Assembly: GCA_002269645.1 (NCBI GenBank)
Contig: NIVC01000422.1
Coordinates: forward strand, 496,001-560,000
From: Macrostomum lignano
Lineage: Eukaryota
DNA: 64,000 nt
Direction of reading: 5' to 3'
In this document: one piece after another, positions 15,201 through 24,820 of the stretch
How the letters are laid out: each line of letters starts with the position of its first letter
Position numbering within the stretch: position 1 is the stretch's first letter
Notes under the pieces: model-generated
Told to the model about the DNA's origin: nothing
Seen by the model: only the letters and a program-made list of their open reading frames with translations
Database searches by the model: none
Translations under genes and position numbers: made by a program

Positions 15201-18200
15201 ATCTACATCTGGCAGAGCCTCGGCTCCAGCATCACCTGCCGCCTCGTCTTCGCCAAGACCCGTCTTGCTCCTGCCGCCAAGAAGGGCCTCCTCGTCACCG
15301 TCCCACGCCTCGAGCTCTGGTCAGCTCTCATCGCCACCCGCGCCGCATCTGTAATTCTCGACGCCCTGCGAGATCACCTCAAGTTCGAAGGCGTCACTCA
15401 CTTTATTGACAGCCAGATCGTCCTTCACTGGCTTGCCAACGGTGCCAAACTCCGTGATTACGAGTCGCGTCGCGTTCAACAGATCCTTGACTCCGATGTT
15501 ACACGTGACTATCGTTACGTACCTACAGCCGAGAACCCCGCCGACCACTGCACGAAGCCACTCAGCTTAGCTCAACTGCAGCAGTCCAGCTTCTACGAGG
15601 GCCCCGCCTTCCTCAAGCGGCCGTTTCTCGATTGGCCTTCCTGGACCGCTTCAGCGCCTGACCCTTGACTTTTGAAAGGTGTCCCTGCTAGGAAGAAGCC
15701 TACAACACTCGGGGCTACTCTAATCGCTACTGGATCTGCTGCCTGTGCCACGCCTGGCCACCTGAGCCTCGAGCGCTCCAACCGCCTTGAACACATCCTC
15801 GGCGTCACCTGCTACCTCATCCGACTGAAGGCCTACATCCAGCGACGCCAATTCTCGAAAGACTTCCCGCCTTCTCATGCCGAACGCCAGACGGCCCTTC
15901 TCCTGTGGATCCGAGTAGCCCAAACTGAGTGCTACGGAACCGTCATCCAAGCCCTCGAGTGCGGCCGGCCCAAATCTGAGAAGATCATCACCCAACTGGA
16001 TCTTCATCTCTGTGACGGTTTCATCCGCCTCGGCAGCCGCTTCGCCAACGCTTCCATGGATGAGGACAGCAAGTACCCGCTCCTGCTGCCGCCCGGCCAT
16101 CGCCTGACCCGGCTGCTCATCCTGCTCATCCATCGTCAGAACAGCCACGCTGGTGCCTCCACTGTTCTCGCCATTCTCCGCGACAAATACTGGGTGCCCA
16201 AGGGCCTCCTAACCGTCCGTGATGCGCTCTCCGACTGCATCCAGTGCCGCCTCGCCAAAGGCTCAACTCGCGCGCCGCCCGCACATGGCCAACTGCCCAA
16301 GGAGCGCCTAGACGCCGAAGCTGGTCCCTTCGCCTCCGTACTCGTCGACCAGCTCGGGCCCGTCTTCACCTACGACCATAAGCTCAGAGTCTCCACCAAG
16401 CGCTGGGCCCTGCTCATCACGTGCTGCACTTCAAGAGCCCTCCACATCGAGATCCTCTACGACTACTCCGCTGACGCCGTCCTTCACGCATTCGAGCGCT
16501 TCTGGTGCCGCCGCGGTCTCACCAAATGCACTGTCTACCTTGACCAGGCCACCGCCTTCCAAGCCGCAGGAAAGTTCATCGAGAACCACATCGCCACCGA
16601 CTTCCAGAAAAAGCTCCACAACAACCTCGGACCACTCGCCGCCTCGCGACCCCTGGTGTTCAAGTTCGCGCCAGCCCGAGCCCCCTGGCACCAAGGCGCG
16701 GTCGAGCGCCTCGTCGCCCTCACAAAGTCCAGTCTTCGTCCCGCCCTCTGGCGCAAACGCATCTCCGATGAGGAACTACACACTCTCCTCGTCAAAATCG
16801 AGGCCATCCTCAATTGCCGGCCGCTGACCACTGTCTCCAACGACCCGGCCGATCCGTCACCGCTGACTCCGGCTCACCTCCTCGGGGTTGGCCCTCACCT
16901 GTTACTTCCGGGCCACCACGACGCCTTCCTGCCTGCCGGTACTTCCACTGCTGACCGCCTCCGAGCTCTTCATCGCCGCCGCGACGCCATCCTTAACGAG
17001 TTCTGGGGCCGGTGGAGACAGGAGTACCTCAGCCATCTCCGGTCAGTCCATCTACAAGAACGGCATCGCCACAGACAGCACACCAGCGACGGCATCAGCT
17101 TTCAACCCGGCCAAGCCTGTCTGCTGGCTGAACCTACGCCTCGAGCGACATGGAAAGTGTGCCGGATTCTGCAGCTGCATCCGGACCCAACCGGTGTCGT
17201 CCGGTATGTGACCATCCGCACCGTATCTGGCCACGATGTCCGGCGATCCATTGGACACCTCGTACCCCTCGAGTGTGACATCAACGGCCCGCTTGCCGGC
17301 CCGCCTGCCGGCCCGCCTGCCGGCCCGCCTGCCGGCCCGCCTGCCGGCCCGCCTGCCGGTCCACCTGTCCGCCCGCCGACTGGCCAATCACCCCGCGACA
17401 AGCGCGCCATACGCCGGCAAAAAAATCCGTGACGGCATTTTTGACGCCTGAACTGAACTACATAACCGAATACTCACAGTCACAAGTTAATAATTCTACC
17501 GTTTTACCGTTCAAAATCCCCGCTATTTATCGTTACCTGTTGGCCCCCCGAGCCTGTCGGATTTCCATCCTCCAATTATTTGTACTTTCTGTTTTGCAAT
17601 TCAGCCTTGTACTTTTCAGTTAGCCGACTCCCTTCGTCTACCATGCTCTTCCCCACAGACAATCTCAATCGTTAATTCACCATAGATTATACAACTAACC
17701 TGTTCATTCTGTTAGTATAAATACAAGTTAATCTGGCGGCTTAGGCCCTTCACCTCTCTCTCTTCCTTTCTGCACCACTTAAATCTCGTTCTATTAGTTT
17801 ATTGTCTAATAATAAACTATAATAACAATAATGCCCGAAGCATCTACTTCTAGTAGCAATGTTAGATAAAAATACAACGATCCTCCTAGGGCGACAATGT
17901 GAACACAGAGACGCTACTGAAGCGGGTGAACAAATCCGGCCAGATCCACATGGTCCCAGCCGCTTTGAAAGGCCGCTACATCATCCGTTACACGGTCACC
18001 TCGCCCATGACTACCGAAGCTGACTTGGACTTCGACTACTCCGTCATTAGCGACATCGCTGGTCGAGTTTTGGCCGACGTCGGGCGTGAGCAGCAGCTCC
18101 AGCAGCAGAAGCAGAAACAGCTGCTACAACTGCAGCAACAGCAGCAACTGCAGTTGCCGCAGCAACCGATGCCACAGCAGCCGAGACGGCCACCAAAGAG

Positions 18201-19203
18201 AATCGGCGACTATCGAATGTCTCTGTTGCTAAGCAACGTGACATCCCAGCCGAAGTTTGTCGACAGCTCGTTCGCCGCTCTTACTGACAGTCGAGAGTTG
18301 GCCAGGGTTGGTGGCTGGTCCATCCCTAATCCCATACCCCTAATCCCATATCTTCAATCCAATATCCCTGATCCCCATATACCAAATCTCTAATCCCACA
18401 TCTCAAATCCCATATCCCTGACCACATATCCCATATCCCTAATCCCATACCTCAAATCTCTAATTCGATATCCCATATACCTAATCCCGTATCTCCAATC
18501 CCATATCCCTAATCCCATTTCTCGAATCCTATTTTCCTAATCCCATATCCCTAATCCCATATCTCCAATTCAATATCCCTAGTCCCATACCTCTGATCCT
18601 ATAGCCTTTATATGGCGTTTTTTTCGTAATATCCCTGGTATCGTATCGATAATTCAAAAATCAATAACTTTATTTCGCACGTCGGCTGCTTAATCTCACA
18701 AGAAAGCGCATCCTGAATCCCCAACTATCCAGGACTTCCGCAGCCAGCTGTCCGTGTGGGTGAGCAGTCGACCCTTGTCATTTTCCCCAATCGCCGGGGG
18801 TCGTTCGGCGGCCGCCGCCGCCGCCGCAGCGATGCGCGGTCAGAAAAGTCTCGACTTTGGCGGCGGTTGCCTGCCGCCGCAGTCGCAGAGCTCTTCGACG
18901 ATGTCGACGTCTTGTCGGCGTTTAGTTCGACCTTCTCGTGGCCGTCTGAACTCGCTGGACTCCAAAGTCGACGGCCTGGTGGTGAGCAGCGTCAGCGAGG
19001 CGGACGGGGACGCGGAGGCTGCGGCGGCTGAGGAGGAAGAAGAAGATGAAGATGAGAGCATCTGTGATGAGGTGGATGAAGAAGATGACGGCGAGGACGC
19101 GGATGAAGGCGACAAAGAGGAAGCTGATCAGGATGACGCCAACAATTGCGATGAAAAAGGATCAGGATCTGTTGGAGACGACGCCAAGAAGTCCGGCTAT
19201 TGA
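4347..19203 (+). CDS. Hdc: Histidine decarboxylase (group II PLP-dependent decarboxylase), 10 coding exons, ~710 aa
   Basis: join(4347-4547,4666-4902,6402-6542,7204-7414,7719-7881,8047-8137,8216-8314,10844-10945,17890-18306,18733-19203) = 2133 nt with consistent phases. Motifs: [43 protein letters not shown]-lysine FNPSKW (HDC type; DDC has NPHKW, Tdc has NPNKW), GVAIDFMHWQIPLS, and HDC-type C-terminal SLLLSN...FAA and SLDS. Confidence 0.92.
4666..4902 (+). CDS. Hdc: Hdc coding exon 2
   Basis: CAG acceptor; MTHWQSP...[11 protein letters not shown]...GGGCIL; donor GTGAG at 4903. Confidence 0.93.
4925..5621. repeat. 26/30-bp minisatellite in Hdc intron 2
   Basis: Unit TTGAGTGATTGTCACTCTCTCCTGTGA-like, with occasional extra GATT. 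Confidence 0.93.
5960..6392. repeat. (TCAA)n microsatellite in Hdc intron 2
   Basis: Degenerate ATCA/TCAA run ending at the exon 3 acceptor. Confidence 0.93.
6402..6542 (+). CDS. Hdc: Hdc coding exon 3
   Basis: [16 protein letters not shown]...LIAYCSDQ; followed by non-canonical donor GCCAGT. Confidence 0.88.
6718..7031 (-). mobile_element. tRNA-derived CORE-type SINE in Hdc intron 3
   Basis: Minus strand: A box (TAGTGGTCAGAG) and B box (GGTTCGATTCC), then TGTGTCCTTGAGCAAGACACTTAA...CTGTAAAATGGG matching the CORE-SINE (MIR-like) central domain, then an AT-rich tail at ~6720. Confidence 0.8.
7030..7195. repeat. 24-bp minisatellite in Hdc intron 3
   Basis: Unit ATTGATACAGGGATGAAGGGACAC, ~7 copies, abutting the SINE 5' end and the exon 4 acceptor. 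Confidence 0.9.
7204..7414 (+). CDS. Hdc: Hdc coding exon 4
   Basis: AHSSVEKAA...[14 protein letters not shown]...IGPV; donor GTGAGT at 7415. Confidence 0.93.
7455..7620. repeat. Degenerate ACACTTCTCA(G/A)AG repeat in Hdc intron 4
   Basis: Visible ~13-14-bp periodicity. Confidence 0.75.
7719..7881 (+). CDS. Hdc: Hdc coding exon 5 (PLP-binding lysine)
   Basis: [16 protein letters not shown]...[19 protein letters not shown]; TAG acceptor, GTAAG donor. Confidence 0.93.
8047..8137 (+). CDS. Hdc: Hdc coding exon 6
   Basis: [30 protein letters not shown]; CAG acceptor, GTGAG donor. Confidence 0.93.
8216..8314 (+). CDS. Hdc: Hdc coding exon 7
   Basis: [33 protein letters not shown]; CAG acceptor, GTGAG donor. 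Confidence 0.93.
8341..10680. repeat. 20-bp minisatellite (~116 copies) in Hdc intron 7
   Basis: Unit AACAGGTGACTCTAGTGTCT with a few variant alleles (AGCAG; TCCAGTGGCT; TCTAATGTCT). Phase is kept exactly over 2.3 kb. Confidence 0.97.
10844..10945 (+). CDS. Hdc: Hdc coding exon 8
   Basis: [34 protein letters not shown]; CAG acceptor, GT donor. Confidence 0.9.
11170..11510. repeat. ~29-bp minisatellite in Hdc intron 8
   Basis: Unit CGCTCTTATCGTTCAAGGTCAGTCTCTTA with degenerate ends. Confidence 0.88.
11553..11813 (+). repeat. BEL/Pao 5' LTR (261 bp)
   Basis: Termini TGTCGGA...TTCGACA; TATAAATA at 11714. Confidence 0.93.
11818..11835 (+). promoter_or_regulatory. Primer binding site, complementary to the initiator tRNA-Met 3' end
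   Basis: TGGTAGCAGAG is complementary to the ...CTCTGCTACCA end of eukaryotic tRNAi-Met; it lies 4 nt after the LTR end. Confidence 0.75.
11830..14166 (+). CDS. BEL/Pao gag-protease region
   Basis: LPTFDG...F...F gag motif, triple Zn knuckle (CLYC..H..C / CRNC..H..C / CREC..HHTTLH), aspartic protease ILLDSGC. Frameshifts (-1) into the RT frame near 14110. The true start codon is uncertain. Confidence 0.88.
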   Translation: MVIMVITRSTTDQSGDQTQQSENDHLSASAEATTAAEQPPAESSDPLPAASSATTSAPPAAPSSAPIPATAPTASVDVNALIASMTAMMQQNQQLIQQLAATVRPASTSTASTPASDAHDPAGLIRSTILKNVHLPTFDGTDPAAFPGFWDAFVYRVDRSSLNDVDKFEALRGLLSGSALKKLGALDACQPNAYAEACRVLQANYADTQEQKNASFQRLLALHCNSASDLGELEEFTDALRLATGQLLRLGELACTLDSYVYALWNRLPLEFQSEIRNLRASNKQPLMPTMAELQDHLDCKLKTLRAASATVPVAPFASASLLGNAASRPPSNRSPGGHRAPRTNAAPRPSASLVPSVSQQQKPRRSCLYCDSSDHIAMFCSEVRKPDDRLKIVREKNLCRNCLHSHHTRDCHDTRRCRECNGLHHTTLHGATFASSNQRSAIPRSNANLNAAVGDSNSKGTVNSLVSASADGGLAPTIMATLRATAVNPKDGRTVDCNILLDSGCSYSHLDGAVARKLGLKAARKLTIATSTFHAESRRPVTADLVSFDLQAPDGRRWPITALASEQLAAPIYMPAVDLPKDVLNTLQSVPNGVCNLPPARDKDISLDLILGGDVNQLLIGPAVPALALRPTLTAYLTPFGAILNGSLDSTSTRRINGFLGSSQVLVANTYLNINNESLHLDRLLDRMSNLEVLGIDKGAGKPCLQDDGPTQRLLDSSTRGPDGRISVDLPFKPGAELLPSNFGQAFGRAQATHRRLSLPSARPTTPNSKNGKPKES
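14112..17432 (+). pseudogene. BEL/Pao pol (RT, RNase H, integrase) with one in-frame TGA at 15666-15668
   Basis: [71 protein letters not shown]; then [27 protein letters not shown]. The track ORFs 14343-15668 and 15672-17432 are in the same frame. Confidence 0.88.
17290..17362 (+). repeat. 12-bp GCCGGCCCGCCT tandem repeat at the integrase C-terminus (GPPA)n
   Basis: About 6 copies visible. Confidence 0.88.
17555..17808 (+). repeat. BEL/Pao 3' LTR, lacking the last 7 bp
   Basis: Matches the 5' LTR up to TTATTGTCTA, then diverges. Confidence 0.92.
17890..18306 (+). CDS. Hdc: Hdc coding exon 9
   Basis: [23 protein letters not shown]...YIIRYTVTS...polyQ...MSLLLSNV...FAAL. Acceptor TAG; donor AGG|GTTGGT inferred from phase. 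Confidence 0.85.
18325..18600. repeat. Degenerate ATCCC(TA)ATCCC repeat in Hdc intron 9
   Basis: Visible low-complexity periodicity. Confidence 0.8.
18733..19203 (+). CDS. Hdc: Hdc coding exon 10 (acidic C-terminal tail, stop TGA)
   Basis: CCAG acceptor, phase 0; DFRSQLSVW...[13 protein letters not shown]...E/D-rich. Confidence 0.75.
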   Translation, partial: DFRSQLSVWVSSRPLSFSPIAGGRSAAAAAAAAMRGQKSLDFGGGCLPPQSQSSSTMSTSCRRLVRPSRGRLNSLDSKVDGLVVSSVSEADGDAEAAAAEEEEEDEDESICDEVDEEDDGEDADEGDKEEADQDDANNCDEKGSGSVGDDAKKSGY

Positions 19204-22035
19204 AGGCCGATTATCGAAATTTTGCAGGTTCGGGTTGGTTCAAATTTATTTTACAACTTTGAGAACATTTTCTAGCGTCGATTTCTGGTTCGACTTCTGC
19301 AGAAATGATATTTTATTGAATGGGATTGAATAATTTACTTTAAAGGTTTAATTGGTATTTTTATCAAGTGTTGAAAATTGTTTTTAGACCAATAGCTGTA
19401 TTTAAGTCCACTGTCTGCGACCTATAAATTTAGCAATATGCAGTAGTATTTTTCAGTAGTATTTTAGTTTTTCTGCGCTTAAATGTTGCTACATGTATTT
19501 CAAACTAACCTATCCTTTGCTGTTGTATGTTAATGTATTACCTTAGCAAGCTGTGTGCACGCTGTACGCGTATTTATAATCGTAAATAATGTTTCCTATA
19601 ATAGCTACGGCGGACTGTATTTGCACGCCTCTTAGATTCTTAGATTTTTAGAACCTAGCCAAGAACGTTATAATTGTTTTTATTTCCTCTTTATTTGTTT
19701 TTGTGTACACTAAGAAAGCACATTGGAGTATAATCTTAGATTGTCTCTATCCATCGGCATTGAAACACATCAGACAGAAAAAATTATAGCACTAACAATT
19801 TTTTGTTTTTTTTTGTTTAATCGCTTAAATGCTACTACGTTAAAAGATATTAATCAGTCATTTCGTCTGCATATCGTAGATGAATATTGTACTTTAGAAA
19901 TGATTGCACACGGCTATTGAAATTATTTGTTGCTGTTATTCAAAATTTATTCATTTATTAGTAAAACTAAAATGTTTAAATTAATATTTCATTGACGGAC
20001 AATATATCAATACGAGTAAACTTTTTGTTAGTTTGTTAGTCTGAGCACTTTTAATAGTGCCCAATAAATATTGACTATGGTATTTATTGCCAGATCGACT
20101 ACTAACAATAGTGCTTCAGTTTCACGGCCCGCTGAGAAAGTCTATGGTAAAGGTACAAAAATTAGATGTCTATAAAAGACTCGAAAAGTCTATTGGAAAG
20201 TTTTTATACCAGTAACATGTGGTGGTGTGTTGCATTTGCAAATTTTATTGGCGGCAGTGATAATGGATGTCTTTCTGCGATAGCTACACTTCTATTAGCT
20301 ATTTAATAATTGTACAGTAAGTTAGTGCAGGCCTCATGAAGCTACCGAATCGACTAACTTTCAAATTTCAAAGTTACATTTCGCGCCTCGATCTGAGCAT
20401 CATTCGGACGTTTGTCAAACCGCGACGTACTCGACGTCAACATAAGTCGCTAGAAAATTGGTGTTTTTACGTTACGCCGACGGATGGCAAGGCTATACCG
20501 GTACGTCGGCCGAATGTGGGAGTAATGTAACTTACGAGCTATTTAATAGCGACGTCGAAGCGTTGGCCAATGTCGCCGAAGTCGGATTTTGCTGTATGGG
20601 CCCCGTAAGCATACTGAAACTCAGCATCAGAATTGTGCATCCAGGTCAGAAAAACCCGTCGCATCACTGGCTAGATCGGACACAATCTATATAAATATTT
20701 GCTAACTACAGCACAAATTTACATGCAGCATAAATAATATCAGATCGGGATCGAGCAGCTTAACGAAAAACGCATGTGACTCTCGCGTCACAATTCAGCT
20801 AGGAGCAATTTGCCAGTGGGTTGTCAGTTGTCCTGCGACAACCGACAACCCACAATTAGAACAAATTGTGGCACAATATCCGTAAAAAATCGTGTAGTGA
20901 TTACCGCTGTAAAAATCGATCGCGAAATTTTAGCGTACCCGTCGATGGAAGTCTTTAACAAAGCAGGTAATTTTTATTACGCCGACGGATAGCGACGTTT
21001 AAAGTAGGATAGCTCGTACTAGTAATTTTCGTTGTATTATATACATATGGTTTACTCGTAGTAAATATAAGTATATATGTAGCATATATTTCGATAGATT
21101 CGAAAAACGAGTTGGCAAGCATATTGCGAATCAAGCCCTCTTAAACGACTAACTGGGTGGGGGGAATTTAGAAACAGAAAAGTACTGTACAAATTAAGAA
21201 GCATTCAAAAAATGTAGAAGGAAAATACGGATTTACCCACTAAAATAGAACGTAATAAACCATATTAGTAGCTGGAAATTACACATACAACAATGCATAT
21301 ATCATAACAGCGTACCATTTCATACCATTAGCAACCCTTTCCGAGTGACGCCGATAGACGTCGCAATTATCAGATGCCAGTAGTTAACACAACTTGTTAA
21401 CACATGCCAGTAGATTATCGTAAGATATTGAGAAATAGCATTAATATTTTACGTGAAAATAACATGGATAAATACAGAATGTGATAGACACACAGCTATA
21501 ATTGATTGGACAACTATAGACACTATTAGCACGATTCAAAGACGAATTAATTGGATCTTTAAGTGAATTAATTTACTGATTTTCCAATTAAATGTATGAT
21601 CATATGCACTGAAATTACAGTGCTTTCTGAACAGTTTAGATCAGCACAACGCAAATGTAAATAAAATTTAATTCAATATTAAAAAATTGAATGACACGAA
21701 GTTCATGTTTTGTTTTTAGTTCACGTTAAAGTCGTTATGAGGACTTACATTATAAAGTTCTTTTATACCACCTTCATGCACTTATGACCTATGAGCCACT
21801 AAATTACACGATTGACGAAAAACGAGCACAAGCCATGTGACAAGGACCACTCTAAAAGTTACCGTTGTCTACGTTGTTGTGTTTTTATGGTAACTTCTAG
21901 TGGTCCTTGTCATGTGATCGCTATTAAAATTAGCTTCGCTGAATGAAGGTGTGATCGAGTCCTAGAAAGTTTTCTATACTTCAACTATGCCCTTGCAATA
22001 CTTGCTTCTGAGGAGGTTAGAGTACAACAGATATA

Positions 22036-24820
22036 TTAAAGCGTCTCTAGTATTATGCCAGGAACTCTACCAGGCTTACTGACATATACAACAACATCGT
22101 AAATATTTTCAATTTCACTTCCATCATTGGAATTACCGTTTAGAATGATGTCAGTTGCTGGTTGCCGAGTCGTTCGTAATCGTCTCGAACGCCGGCGGAG
22201 CCAGAATCCAAGCGCTATCAAAGCGCCACAACCGAGCACTACAGCAGACAGCAGCAGAGCCAGTCGACGATAGAAACTTGCCGGATCGACGCTTTCAGCG
22301 ATCAAATCAAAGTTCACCATCATCTTCGTAAGGCTCTCTGACCTATCTGAGTTAATCAGCTGGTCTTCGAATGCAGTAGAGTAGAAACAAGTCGGATCTT
22401 CAGCACAGATTGTGTCGCTACCGTTGTACCCCACTTTCCGAGAGTATCTTACCAGTTCTATATGGCCGAGGACTTCAATGTCAGGGTAGTGATAGTTAAA
22501 CACCGCGGTGAGTGAACCCGATTTCTTTGACGCTTGTTCTTTAAAAAGATTCAGTAAATTTGGCGTACTCTTCGTGGCGGCAACGCTTACGCTAAGAATG
22601 AGTTGACCATTTTTATTGTCATACTCGATGCTCAATGCGTCTTGCCAACCGCGTTCGATTAGGAATGCTCGTGTGAGCGCGAGTCCGTTCAGACTGAAAT
22701 GTCCAGTAAAGCGAGCTCCAGAAGATGTTACAGACTCAATGAACCGTCGCTCGATAGAAAACTTCCAGTCAATGCGACTGTAAATCAGGCACAGATGTTT
22801 CCATGAGCAGTGACTCGCACTGCTAGCTGTGACATGGGCTGCTGGGAGAATTTCGGGAACTAAAACAATGTGGGAGCGAGCACGCATCCAGTACATCGGC
22901 AGCAGTTCGGGCTCACCGTCTTGTATAGATTTCACTGTACATACAAACGTATTTGCGTCTTTAAAGGAAGCTGAAGTATTTATTCCGTAGAAACGATTCA
23001 AATTATTTTCAGTCGGAGGTAAGTATGCAGTCTGTTTGGTAAGAATCGACGAAAACTGTGAGTTTCTTTGAGTTTTAGTTTTATAATTGACACTTATTCG
23101 CGTGTCTGCTTGGTCAGACACTTCAGTCTCGCAAGTCAGGTTTATGCTGTCACCCTCAGCTACCAAAACTCGATCTGGAGGGTACCTCAGCCTCTGTGGT
23201 GGAACAACTACACGAACTTGTAAATGTGCAGACACTCCTCCTGCTCTGCACATGTAGTCACCACCGTGACTTTTCTGCGACAGTTTCTTCGGCAGTTCGA
23301 TCACGTGACCTCCAGTCGCGATCTTTATTCCATTGTTAAGCGTTGTCCATTGCTTAGTAGGGTAACCTGTTGACAATTCAGCAATCAGAGACTGATTTTT
23401 GTGGTAAAACTCGAATTGTTGACTCCTGATCGCCGAGTTGCACACAATCGGACAAGCTACATGAGAGCGAACCATTCCTGATCGAAGAGTTACACTTCTT
23501 CTTTTCTTACCAACAAGACTGCATTTTGCACCGCGAACTACAAGTGGTGTTCCAGCCTGTCTTGTGCTCGGAAGAGACAAGCGTCCAACTCTTCGGCGAA
23601 CCTCGTAAGGTTCCCGTTCGCCAGAAAGGGACAGAATGACGCAAAATGTGACGTCTCCTGTGCTGCGTTGTTTCATTACATCCATGAAGCCAATTGAGAA
23701 CAATTTCAATCTACCTGTAGCCACGTCCAGTTGTGCATGCCCCATCAGATCCAAGTTCCACTGGTCTAGCTTTGTGTAGAAATTATTTGTTAGAATAACT
23801 GATCGGCTGAACTGCAGATTCTGACAATGGTCTGGACTGAGCGCAAGGCCTACATTGATCAATGGCTGCAAGAATGGAGGAGCTGATTTGATCAGGCTGA
23901 CTAAATTATCACTTATGATTTGGACACTTTGCGCTGTGTCCACCCCTGACTCGATCATGCCTCGCGAAAACAAAGCATTCAGTATTTCCGATGCATTGTG
24001 AACCAAAATAGGAATTTTCAACCAAGCATCCATGGTCCAAACGTAGAGTCGACCGCTTTCCATCAGAATCTTGCCATCGAAGCCTTTCCATACCACCTGC
24101 AGAATCAGCGCATCGCTAAACTTCCCGGCGAGAGCTGATCTTTCGAAACGCCAGTTGGATTTTTCAACAAGTCTAATCAGTAATTCTGTGCGGTCTATTG
24201 AGAACAGCTCGAAAGGACTGCCGGCTGTCAAGCAAAGCTTCTCATTCCTTGTCGTTACCAGCCGATCTTTAAAGTTCCCCTGTTGTAAAGCAGTTTCAGA
24301 AGCACCTTGTTTACATTTATATCGCAGATAAATACTGTTGTACGCTTCGATATGCTTCGCTAATGAAGGAAAGTCAACTTTGATTTTGAGCACGTGACTG
24401 GGTGACTCAGCAGATAAAACGGCCAGCTGTGCTGTTCTCTGTTGACTAGCAAACCATGTGTCGCCCCACATCAGCAAATTCTGGTTGTTGGATGCTACCA
24501 GAGCGAAATCCATTTGTAAAAGCAGCGCTGTAGCAACAATCTGAATGAGTTGTAAATGAATTAATTTGTCAATAGAAATGCAAAGCAATCCAAAATTGTT
24601 TAGAAAATTTATTGCAAACGTTGGCTCAGTATCTAATATAGCTGAGCTGTTGGTAAAATTGAGGAGATACTTATCATCTGCCTATTTGTCAACCGACGGA
24701 TTCTGGTCATTAGTGTATATGCAAGTAGACTTTAGATTTTCTACAAGGTACTATACTATTTAAGTAGGAAAAATTTCCAAAAAATATAGAATTTTTATTT
24801 ACCAAAACATTCAGTGGCAT
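22036..24820 (-). CDS. Type I membrane protein with Ig-like domains, paralog A (~840 aa)
   Basis: complement(join(22036-24540,24803-24820)). GCCATG start gives MPLNVL|IVATALLLQMDFALVAS (signal peptide) across a GTAAAT...TTCAG phase-0 intron. Two Ig-like units (C...GDYMCRA; GDSINLTC...DANTFVC), TM LALLLSAVVLGCGALIALGFWL, stop-transfer RRRS, tail with YDVV and C-terminal ETL. Confidence 0.8.

Larger units (their letters stand above)
11553..17808 (+). mobile_element. BEL/Pao LTR retrotransposon, near full length, in Hdc intron 8 (same strand as the host gene)
   Basis: 5' LTR 11553-11813 (TGT...ACA) and 3' LTR 17555-17808, apparently identical over 254 bp. PBS TGGTAGCAGAGCGTGGTT at 11818-11835. 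Order gag-protease-RT-RNaseH-integrase; RT motif YVDN is typical of BEL/Pao. Confidence 0.95.

Noticed and set aside
11748-17451. Many short overlapping or antisense ORFs inside the BEL element
   Set aside because: By-products of GC-rich codon bias in gag-pol; no env-like ORF seen before the 3' LTR.
4347-19203. Calling the gene DOPA or tyrosine decarboxylase
   Set aside because: NPSKW, GVAIDFMHWQIPLS and the C-terminal SLLLSN/SLDS motifs fit HDC rather than DDC (NPHKW) or Tdc (NPNKW).
22036-22120. Canonical ITIM/ITAM in the receptor tails
   Set aside because: The Y-2 residues are N and D, not I/V/L/S, and there is no paired YxxL spacing; only YxxΦ is supported.
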